From: a virus
Lineage: Duplodnaviria > Heunggongvirae > Uroviricota > Caudoviricetes
Virus record (IMG/VR): IMGVR_UViG_2585427757_000007
Span: 1 to 9,133 of that record
Reading direction: 5' to 3' (one strand)
DNA: 9,133 bases
Both the position numbers and the translations under genes were made by a program. Every line of letters starts with the position of its first letter. Position 1 is the first letter of the stretch. This document shows positions 1 through 6,306 of the stretch, one piece after another. A model generated the notes under the pieces. That model saw only the letters and a list, made by a program, of their open reading frames with translations, did not search any database and had not been told where the DNA came from.

Positions 1-120
1 TCTGATAGGCTCATACCGCTTTTGCGCAAAGCAGATGGGCCTGAGGTTTGCTTGTGACCCCAACGCATGAGCAGATGGCTGGCAGGTGCCGCTAACACCC
101 ACCAGCCGCCCATTACCACA

Positions 121-147
121 AATTAAAAAGCCTTCACTGCGGAAGGC
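121..147 (-). terminator. Candidate intrinsic terminator after the small CDS 134..331
   Basis: Perfect inverted repeat GCCTTC (130-135) / GAAGGC (142-147) with a 6-nt loop; on the minus strand the stem is followed by TTTTTAATT (129-121). The stem includes the stop codon at 134-136. Confidence 0.4.
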
Positions 148-331
148 GTCTGTAACAACCGAACTGATAATCTGCCAGACCCGCCATAACAAGCTGAGTC
201 AGTATTAACTGGCAGCGTTCGCGTGAAAGGTAAGTATTCTGCGCAATTTCCCCGACGGTCGCCGGTTCGGTGACGCTTAATTCATTAAACACCACTCTGG
301 CGGTTTCGGTCATATCCTGCTGTTTTAGCAT
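134..331 (-). CDS. Small hypothetical protein (65 aa), possibly a winged-helix DNA-binding protein; first gene after the candidate tR'
   Basis: Part of track ORF 134..454. I prefer the internal ATG at 331..329 (MLKQQDMTETARVV...), which has a purine-rich SD (AAAAGGGAAAAAGG) just upstream. The GTG at 454 sits inside the terminator-like hairpin, so it is an unlikely start. The functional guess is from sequence pattern only. Confidence 0.4.
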   Translation of the reverse strand: MLKQQDMTETARVVFNELSVTEPATVGEIAQNTYLSRERCQLILTQLVMAGLADYQFGCYRRLPQ

Positions 332-454
332 GCCTTTTTCCCTTTTCCGGTTAACGTGACATACCAATACCTCTTGTCGAAAAAGCCAGCAAGCTGAAAG
401 ACCGGCATTCGCAACCACCAGCGCATTTAACGTCCTGTACCGCTTTTCGGGCAC

Positions 455-476
455 AAAAAAAACCGCATAAAGCGGG
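455..476 (-). terminator. Candidate tR'-like intrinsic terminator downstream of the Q-like gene
   Basis: Minus-strand RNA: CCCGC-UUUAU-GCGG (4 GC pairs) followed by eight U (462-455). It lies about 170-190 nt past the Q-like stop (644-646), similar to the lambda PR'-6S-tR' spacing. The stem is short, so confidence is moderate. Confidence 0.4.
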
Positions 477-480
477 TTCT

Positions 481-643
481 TTCAGGTGTCCATGTCTGCT
501 ATTCGCCTCGCGGTATAGCTTTGCGAAGCGTAGCTGGATTGAAACAGTTTATGGCTAAAAATACAAGCTTTTTTTCTAAAACTGCACAAACCTTACTACC
601 AGCCAAAAATCCTCTTCGTGCAACAACAAACGCCCTCCAGATT
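481..643 (-). promoter_or_regulatory. Candidate late promoter (PR'-like) and Q-utilisation region between the Q-like gene and the tR'-like hairpin
   Basis: Positional inference only. It is a non-coding interval right after the Q-like gene, with several weak -35/-10-like hexamers on the minus strand (for example TTGTGC-N17-TTGTAT); no single promoter can be resolved by eye. Confidence 0.3.
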
Positions 644-1198
644 CTAAGCGTCAGTAAAAGAAAATGCATCTCGCATCAGTGGATACAGAATAAACTCAGC
701 TATTCTCAGCCACATATCTATACGATTGCGGCATGTTGCATAGCACCACTCAGGGTGAACCTCATTCAACAATTCAGCCATTTTGCGTTTACTCATCCCC
801 CGCCCTTCGTACCTTTGCCGCAGGATATCAATCAATCCAGGATAACGTGCAAGCGCTTTACTTATCACCCCATCAATGCGTAACGCCTCTGCATCAGTAC
901 AGTGAGACAACCAGCTCTTCTGTCTGCCAGCGATCATCTCTCGCAAGAATGCTTCCAGCTCTGGTTTATCAATCCCTGACTCCCTGATTCTACGCAGAGC
1001 TTCATTGACCGCGGTTTTTGTCAGTTTTTTGGATGCCAGCAACTGATTGAACATATTTCCTGGTTTGCCACCACCTATATACGACCAACGCCCCCACATC
1101 CGTAATTTTCCCTGGATCCAGACGGCTTCCAGCGTTTTTAGACGTAAATGCTCGCCGCTTTTACCTGTAATTTCCGGGTATATCATATTTACGATCAC
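644..1198 (-). CDS. Putative late-gene antiterminator (Q-like) protein, 184 aa; family not identified
   Basis: Sits directly downstream of rusA with a GTGA start/stop overlap (1195-1198) and is followed by a non-coding stretch ending in a hairpin plus U-tract, as expected for a Q/PR'/tR' arrangement. No lambda-Q-type CxxC zinc ribbon was recognised, so the function is inferred from position. Confidence 0.5.
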   Translation of the reverse strand: MIVNMIYPEITGKSGEHLRLKTLEAVWIQGKLRMWGRWSYIGGGKPGNMFNQLLASKKLTKTAVNEALRRIRESGIDKPELEAFLREMIAGRQKSWLSHCTDAEALRIDGVISKALARYPGLIDILRQRYEGRGMSKRKMAELLNEVHPEWCYATCRNRIDMWLRIAEFILYPLMRDAFSFTDA

Positions 1199-1560
1199 TC
1201 ACTCTCAATTTTGTAAATCTTCACGCCCAGCCGCCCCCCAGGAACGCGCTGACCGCGCACAATATTGATTTCATCAAACTGCTCGTCGTCTATGAGAAGT
1301 CCGGCATGCGTCAGCGCATCCAGTGGTGCTTTCAGGATATTGTCCAGGTCGCGACGACGTTTATCCGGTGGCTCTGCAATAATCTTTATCGCCAGCCTTC
1401 CGGACAGGTTTAATTTCAGCCGCTGCTGGCGAACAATAAGCGCCACATCACGGCGATAACGCTCACCGGCTTTTGATACAAAATATGTGCTGCCACGACG
1501 TCGCCAGTAAGTGTTCACCGTTGGCGGGTAAGGCAAAACAAATTCTATGCGTTCAGTCAT
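1195..1560 (-). CDS. rusA: RusA-family Holliday junction resolvase (crossover junction endodeoxyribonuclease)
   Basis: The 121-aa product (MTERIEFVLPYPPTVNTYWRR...DKRRRDLDNILKAPLDALTHAGLLIDDEQ...) matches the RusA pattern, including the acidic DLDN block; size and position (before the Q-like gene) are typical. SD GGAAAG lies upstream of ATG 1560. Confidence 0.9.
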   Translation of the reverse strand: MTERIEFVLPYPPTVNTYWRRRGSTYFVSKAGERYRRDVALIVRQQRLKLNLSGRLAIKIIAEPPDKRRRDLDNILKAPLDALTHAGLLIDDEQFDEINIVRGQRVPGGRLGVKIYKIESE

Positions 1561-2619
1561 TCATGCTTTCCACTTCAGGACACCCGAATTTCTCGCGTGC
1601 ATTAAAAAACGAATCAGCAACAACAGCTGGCTGCCGTGTTTTTCTTCAAAATCTTTTACCCCGGCGTGTAGTTCGCTATGGCATTTACGGCACAGCGGAA
1701 TAACAAACAAATCATCAGCCTTTGTTCCCATCCCTCCCAGTCCATGACCAATGATGTGATGCGGATCATCTGCCTGATTGCCACACGTCATGCATTTCTG
1801 CGTTTTTACCCAGCGCGTGTATACAGGCATCTCTTCCCGTTGTGGTTTCTGGCGCTGGAGATACTGAGCCGGTGACTCCGGATCAACGGCAATGCTGACC
1901 ACCGTCTTTTCCTGTGGTGGATTCTGTTGCTGGTGGGCGTGAGGCAACGGCGCAATATTTTTTGTGCGCTGCTTCAGTATGCTGATGGCGGTCTGCTCTC
2001 CCGGTACGATGTCGCTCTCGCGGTATACTGAGCGGATTTTTTCACTCGGAAGCTTCAGGATTCGACGCGCCATATTTTCGGTCATGGCATCCACTACATC
2101 ATTTACAGAAGCCCAGCAGCACAATTCAGCCAGCGATAATTCCCGCTCCTGCGTGCCATTCACTGCATGGCGTATGACGTCAATCATCCATGCTGACAGG
2201 TTTTGATGAGCAAGTTGCCCGAGTGATTCGGAGGTCTGGTCACGCAGCTGGTTGTCGCAGTGCCAGCACAACACCATCGCGCCGGTACCGTAACGATGTA
2301 TGACGATTTCACTGTGATGATAGTCACCATGAGGCCACTGGCAGGATTTAACGTGGCGTAACAGCCAGTCAAACAGCGCACCAGCACCGCCAGCAGCACG
2401 AATCACCCGCTCATCGCTGAAAAATGGCAGTAGTGATTTATCCTCCGCCAATGGCTGGCGAACGGCAGGAACGACTCCGGACGGCAGACCGCGCATGCTT
2501 TTCGGTTCCGGCTCCACCAGTACACGACCGCTGCGGAATACCTGCATGGATTCACGACCAGGCTTAAGGACCACCAGCCCAAGTTCCGGTACCGGAACAG
2601 ATCGAAGTAATACCCGCAC
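1561..2619 (-). CDS. YdfU/DUF968-like prophage protein with C-terminal HNH-like Cys/His motif (352 aa)
   Basis: GTG start at 2619 with a strong SD GGAGG 5 nt upstream. The C-terminal block CMTCGNQADDPHHIIGHGLGG...LFVIPLCRKCHSELH (aa 276-318, nt 1666-1794) resembles an HNH/zinc-binding motif. Size and location match Qin ydfU as I recall. Confidence 0.75.
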   Translation of the reverse strand: MRVLLRSVPVPELGLVVLKPGRESMQVFRSGRVLVEPEPKSMRGLPSGVVPAVRQPLAEDKSLLPFFSDERVIRAAGGAGALFDWLLRHVKSCQWPHGDYHHSEIVIHRYGTGAMVLCWHCDNQLRDQTSESLGQLAHQNLSAWMIDVIRHAVNGTQERELSLAELCCWASVNDVVDAMTENMARRILKLPSEKIRSVYRESDIVPGEQTAISILKQRTKNIAPLPHAHQQQNPPQEKTVVSIAVDPESPAQYLQRQKPQREEMPVYTRWVKTQKCMTCGNQADDPHHIIGHGLGGMGTKADDLFVIPLCRKCHSELHAGVKDFEEKHGSQLLLLIRFLMHARNSGVLKWKA

Positions 2620-2620
2620 G

Positions 2621-2899
2621 TTACCTCCAGATCCGTTGCTGGAATGTGCGGGACGGACGCGGTGGGCGTTCGGAATAAGGGAGTCTGACGTAGATTATCC
2701 AGAGACGATAATCGAGGCTGAGGGCTTTCCTAAACTCATACCCACGTCTGCGGTAGTTCTGAATCAGCCACTCGGCCTGTTCTTCGGTGCAGGGGTCGTG
2801 CTGATACCAGTCAGATTTGAATGTGTGAGGATACCGCTCGTGCGTGCAGGCAAGAACGGTCGAATTATTATGATTGTAATATTTTGCGTTGCGTGCCAT
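2621..2899 (-). CDS. Hypothetical prophage protein (92 aa)
   Basis: ATG at 2899..2897 preceded by SD GGAGA (spacing about 6). Its stop TAA (2621-2623) lies 1 nt from the GTG start of the downstream gene, indicating translational coupling. Confidence 0.6.
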   Translation of the reverse strand: MARNAKYYNHNNSTVLACTHERYPHTFKSDWYQHDPCTEEQAEWLIQNYRRRGYEFRKALSLDYRLWIIYVRLPYSERPPRPSRTFQQRIWR

Positions 2900-2965
2900 C
2901 GGTTTTCTCCGGTGGCACGGTGTTACTCAGCGGGAGTTCAGCCCCGCGCAAGATTGTAGATGAGT

Positions 2966-3229
2966 TTATTCTTCTGAAAAAGCAGAAAAGCCAGCTTTTA
3001 TTCCGATCTCTTTCAATGCCTGTAATGAAGTGACAAACTCACCATCGCGCAAGATAAATCCGTCCGTCACTCGGGCATCCACAAAATTAATTAACGCAGC
3101 CCCACTCTTTCTTTGCTTCTTTCGCAAACACAGAACGCGGCAATGACTAACAATATTTCCATTTTCAACGCACACAGCATAGAGGCCATCTTCACAAAAA
3201 ATTTTACGCAGTTCTTCGATGTTCATCAT
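2966..3229 (-). CDS. Hypothetical small prophage protein (87 aa); occupies the position that rem holds next to hokD in Qin (identity not verified)
   Basis: ATG-ATG start at 3229 preceded by SD GGAAGGA (spacing about 5). No recognisable motif. Confidence 0.6.
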   Translation of the reverse strand: MMNIEELRKIFCEDGLYAVCVENGNIVSHCRVLCLRKKQRKSGAALINFVDARVTDGFILRDGEFVTSLQALKEIGIKAGFSAFSEE

Positions 3230-3445
3230 CAGAATCCTTCCGGATAATTAGCTCTCCCCTTCAGGGGGCCATCCCTCTTATCCCTGCGCGCTACTTAAGT
3301 GTTTTGGATTCTATATCCGGTGTCTTAAAAAAGTTAAAACGCATTGAAAATAAAACAAAAACCGTCGAAGCGGGTTAAGTGCGGGTGCGTTGAGGATGCC
3401 GACACATCAGAGGTGGCGGGAGATTACTCTCCCGCCAGGTCACTC

Positions 3446-3601
3446 TTACTCTCTAGATTCGTAGTCTACGAAAACAGCAACCTCCATCTGGCCGGTTCGG
3501 ATTCGTACCTCGCAGAGGTCTTTCCTCGTTACCAGTGCCGTCACTATGACGGTTAAACAGATGACGATCAGGGCGATTAACATCGCCTTTTGCTGCTTCA
3601 T
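3446..3601 (-). CDS. hok: Hok/Gef-family type I toxin (HokD/RelF-like), 51 aa
   Basis: Product MKQQKAMLIALIVICLTVIVTALVTRKDLCEVRIRTGQMEVAVFVDYESRE: a single transmembrane helix plus the conserved C..R.....E.A.F...E tail, near-identical over about 38 residues to E. coli HokD as I recall it. ATG at 3601..3599 with SD AAGGAG about 9 nt upstream. The track ORF 3446..3628 begins at an upstream GTG that I consider less likely. Confidence 0.9.
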   Translation of the reverse strand: MKQQKAMLIALIVICLTVIVTALVTRKDLCEVRIRTGQMEVAVFVDYESRE

Positions 3602-3659
3602 AGCCTGCTTCTCCTTGCCTTTCGGCACGTAAGAGGCTAATCTTCAGTTGTCGAGACAT
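3453..3659 (-). CDS. mok: mok-like overlapping reading frame (modulator of killing), about 68 aa
   Basis: An alternative frame overlaps nearly all of hok and starts at ATG 3659..3657, about 58 nt upstream of the hok start, as in canonical hok/mok/sok loci. The track ORF 3453..3758 is the longest form; the shorter start is an inference. Confidence 0.45.
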   Translation of the reverse strand: MSRQLKISLLRAERQGEAGYEAAKGDVNRPDRHLFNRHSDGTGNEERPLRGTNPNRPDGGCCFRRLRI

Positions 3660-3877
3660 AAGACTGGCCTCACTTCGATTTATAGTCGGGTGGGGCTTTT
3701 CTCTATCTGCCTTTTGGTGTTCATGCCTGAGACAGATAGCCTCAAGCACCCGCAGCAATTCTACTTATGACGCAATTTAATGACAACAACTCTACAGCGG
3801 TAGTGTGTTTAACTATTGACATTGATTAACTCATTATTCAAAATTTTTGCGTACGCATTAATGATTTTGTGTCGTTG

Positions 3878-3900
3878 TTGTGATGGTAAAAAAATCACAA
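3878..3900. promoter_or_regulatory. Perfect dyad TTGTGAT-N9-ATCACAA overlapping a TGgTAAAAA extended -10-like element about 35 nt upstream of gene A
   Basis: TTGTGAT at 3878-3884 and ATCACAA at 3894-3900 are exact reverse complements. The spacer contains TG at 3884-3885 followed by TAAAAA at 3887-3892. Candidate operator and promoter for the A-B operon. Confidence 0.35.
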
Positions 3901-3934
3901 ACGATCTAACAATAACATAGGTGATATTTTCAAT

Positions 3935-5077
3935 ATGGAAATTAAGCAAGTTATCGTTCATGAACTAATTAAAGAAGCAAAAAAGGATTTTGATTTTTCT
4001 AAGCCGTATCAGCTTAGATCCACTCCTCTCGATAAAACCAATCCAATTGTTATAAAACTTATTCAAGACATTTCATCTTTATATGGAACCAAAGGCAATT
4101 CTGCACATTATGGCGTTTTTAAAGAGGAGAAAACAGAACAAGGGCCTGTGCCATCAATATTTGAAGAGTATTCTCAGTCAGAGGATAACATTAATGAAAA
4201 GTTTGTGCCTTTTTCTATTGAAGTGATGAAGCAACTTGTAAAAAAAGCCAAAGAAGAACCTTGGTCATCTGGTGGTTTTATTGTGTTTTGTGACTATATT
4301 GTAAATAACAATAAATTCTTTTTAATTGCAATGATTAAAAAGAAAAATGGTGTTACTATCAGCAACAAACTCGAACCTGAAGAAATGATCCATTTGGATC
4401 TATCCAAAATACACCAAGCAGCAAGAATAAATTTCAATCTCTACCAACAATATAAAACTGCTGATGAGTCTGAAAAAATTGACTTAAGTTATCTAAGTTT
4501 CGTAAGTAAAGGAGTGGGTCAATCCACATCAGCATATTTTATTGCAGCAATAGGATGCGACAAATCACTTGCAGCAGCAAAAGCCACAAAAAAACTACCA
4601 ACTGTCGCAAAACAATTTTTTAACCAAAAACCAGAACTTAAAGCATGTGCCAATAGATTTAAACATGACGTTATTGCATATTTAGACACACAAGCAGCTA
4701 AAAATTTATCAGCCCGATTGAGTGATATTGAAGTAATTGCAGCACGTCACATGACAAATTTAGATGAGTCTACCAAAGAATCTTACACTCACGAATTAAT
4801 TCTTTTTTTAAATAGTGAAAATGTGAGAATCCCAACTGAATTTGTTATCAGTAAACGGGCGTTGAAAGACATTAAAAACATCACCTTTAAGACTGATGAG
4901 ATTGGATTTAATTTTGACAAGTCTCTCCTTGGAGTGACAGCTGATGATGATGTGTGGTACGATGAAACAACTGGAAGATTATCATTTACAAACTTACCAG
5001 CTGAATTTAAGGCTAAACTAAGCGCTGTGGTAAAAGAAAATTTAAAAATAAGGGATAGTGGAAAAGAAAATGGCTAA
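3935..5077 (+). CDS. Nucleoid-associated protein YejK/NdpA (NA37 family) homologue, divergent, 380 aa (gene A)
   Basis: ATG 3935 with SD AGGTGA upstream. Several blocks align with E. coli YejK as I recall it: IVHELIK vs IALHQLIK; LYGTKGNSAHYGVFKEE vs VYSAKNKAYGLFSEE; GGFIVFCDY vs GGFVLFCHY; FNFDKSLLG...VWYDETTGRLSF vs INFDAMLLG...IFWDPATDTLTI. The gene is about 30% GC, unlike the flanking backbone. Confidence 0.85.
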   Translation: MEIKQVIVHELIKEAKKDFDFSKPYQLRSTPLDKTNPIVIKLIQDISSLYGTKGNSAHYGVFKEEKTEQGPVPSIFEEYSQSEDNINEKFVPFSIEVMKQLVKKAKEEPWSSGGFIVFCDYIVNNNKFFLIAMIKKKNGVTISNKLEPEEMIHLDLSKIHQAARINFNLYQQYKTADESEKIDLSYLSFVSKGVGQSTSAYFIAAIGCDKSLAAAKATKKLPTVAKQFFNQKPELKACANRFKHDVIAYLDTQAAKNLSARLSDIEVIAARHMTNLDESTKESYTHELILFLNSENVRIPTEFVISKRALKDIKNITFKTDEIGFNFDKSLLGVTADDDVWYDETTGRLSFTNLPAEFKAKLSAVVKENLKIRDSGKENG

Positions 5078-6290
5078 TTTATCAACGGTTGTAGATTTTT
5101 ATAGAGCATCATCGAAGCCCCAATTCGACGGACGTTCTTTTTCTGCAACTGTTGAAATAAATAATAACAATCAACGTTTGGTAAACTTGTTAGTAAATTC
5201 ACATAAAGCCTACGGTTATTTTGAAGATGTTGATATTAATAATGAGTTCATTGACGAAGACGATTTAAAATCACACCCAATTAAAATTGGAGATAAATTC
5301 TCATACACTTACATATCCCCTAAAAATGGAGCAGAACGTTTCTATAACTCAATTCAAGAGTTCCTTTGTATAAACTCACTCAAGAAAGGTGTAATTCCTA
5401 AAGAGTATTACATAATCGATGAGGATTTTCATCCGTCTGATTCAAGTAAACCGGACGAAATTATAAAAATCGAGAAAATTTGTGCAATTATTTCTTCCCT
5501 GGCTGAGATTGCGCACTTTCACGATACAAAATCGGAATCTTCAAATTATCGTTTAGTTTTCGTGAAAGATTCTGACGCAAAATCAACATCTATTATTTTA
5601 GAAACGTGCATTACACCTAAGATGCTCAATATAAATGACATTGATGATGCTATCATCAAGAGTCTTTTAGATGTAAAAAACGCCCAAATCCCCCATCAAG
5701 CAGAAAAAACAGGTATTTTCAGGAATACCATAGTGGAGTTTATTCTCGATAACAAATATGATTTTGAAAACCTAATTTGCCATTGGGATAAATTTGTAAA
5801 GCTATTTGAAAATAATTTATCCACGTATATGAGTGGTTTTTCATTCCATAAGGCACGAAAAGAAATTGCGAAGTCTGAAGCAGAGTTTGCTGAAAAAATC
5901 TCAAAACTTATTACTGATTTGACGACAAAAGTATTATCAATCCCTGTGTCTTTACTGGCATCCTTCGGGATTATAAAACTAACATCAAGATCTGAAATGT
6001 TACTCGTTTTATTAGGTGTATTGTTAAGCTCACTTATTTTATATATGGTATTACTCAATCAGGATAAACAATTAAAACATATTTACCATGCTAAAGATAT
6101 AGCATTTATGCCTTTTCTAAAAAACAATGAAAATTATCCAGAAGACCTTAAGAAGGACATTAATGAGGCTCTATATGAACTATCAAAGAGCCAAACCAAA
6201 TGTGATAATACAATAAAGTTATTTATGTATTTGGCTTGGCTACCAAGTTCTATTGCAGCAGGAATATTTCTTGCGAAGATTTTTATTTAG
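5070..6290 (+). CDS. Membrane-anchored protein of unknown function (gene B); about 300-aa soluble N-terminal region plus C-terminal hydrophobic helices
   Basis: Preferred start is ATG 5070 (MANLSTV...), which overlaps the gene A stop (5075-5077) by 8 nt; the track ORF begins at GTG 5058. Hydrophobic segments (track numbering): VLSIPVSLLASFGIIKL (about 292-308), MLLVLLGVLLSSLILYMVLL (314-333) and LFMYLAWLPSSIAAGIFLAKIFI (388-410). AT-rich; no known motif recognised. Confidence 0.8.
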   Translation: MANLSTVVDFYRASSKPQFDGRSFSATVEINNNNQRLVNLLVNSHKAYGYFEDVDINNEFIDEDDLKSHPIKIGDKFSYTYISPKNGAERFYNSIQEFLCINSLKKGVIPKEYYIIDEDFHPSDSSKPDEIIKIEKICAIISSLAEIAHFHDTKSESSNYRLVFVKDSDAKSTSIILETCITPKMLNINDIDDAIIKSLLDVKNAQIPHQAEKTGIFRNTIVEFILDNKYDFENLICHWDKFVKLFENNLSTYMSGFSFHKARKEIAKSEAEFAEKISKLITDLTTKVLSIPVSLLASFGIIKLTSRSEMLLVLLGVLLSSLILYMVLLNQDKQLKHIYHAKDIAFMPFLKNNENYPEDLKKDINEALYELSKSQTKCDNTIKLFMYLAWLPSSIAAGIFLAKIFI

Positions 6291-6306
6291 CTCTAACAGT
6301 TAGAGC
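6290..6306. other. Short palindrome between convergent genes B and C; weak candidate bidirectional terminator
   Basis: GCTCTAA (6290-6296) / TTAGAGC (6300-6306) with loop CAG. It contains the last base of the B stop codon (TAG 6288-6290) and the whole C stop codon (TAA on the minus strand, 6300-6302). The stem is AT-rich and lacks a clear U-tract on either side. Confidence 0.3.

Noticed and set aside
521-987. Plus-strand ORFs 521..883 and 733..987
   Set aside because: They lie antisense inside the better-supported minus-strand Q-like gene and its downstream region, with no SD and no recognisable motif; likely shadow ORFs.
1047-1875. Plus-strand ORFs 1047..1268, 1265..1459, 1473..1703, 1547..1747 and 1678..1875
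   Set aside because: Antisense to RusA and the YdfU-like gene, whose protein identities are strong; shadow frames.
1964-3033. ORFs 1964..2206 (+), 2184..2399 (-), 2495..2959 (+) and 2821..3033 (+)
   Set aside because: They overlap the YdfU-like gene and the adjacent small genes in other frames or strands; the sequences are low-complexity or Arg/Ser-rich, as expected for out-of-frame translation of GC-rich coding DNA.
3230-3445. Defined intrinsic terminator for the hok mRNA
   Set aside because: A strong 9-bp hairpin (3415-3436) and U-rich stretches are present, but the hairpin is not directly followed by a U-tract. The hok 3' region is known to form fold-back structures, so I did not call a terminator.
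3344-3556. ORF 3344..3556 (+), 70 aa
   Set aside because: Antisense to the hok/mok locus and its 3' UTR; no SD; more likely an artefact than a protein.
3453-3758. Full 101-aa form of the frame overlapping hok
   Set aside because: The canonical mok is about 70 aa; the internal ATG at 3659 with a GAGG-type SD fits the hok/mok architecture better than the upstream start inside the hok leader.
3879-3899. CRP binding site (TGTGA...TCACA)
   Set aside because: The half-sites are separated by 11 nt rather than the 6 nt of the CRP consensus; kept only as a generic operator-like dyad.
5696-6058. ORF 5696..6058 (-), 120 aa
   Set aside because: Lies wholly antisense within gene B in AT-rich DNA, where long spurious frames are common.
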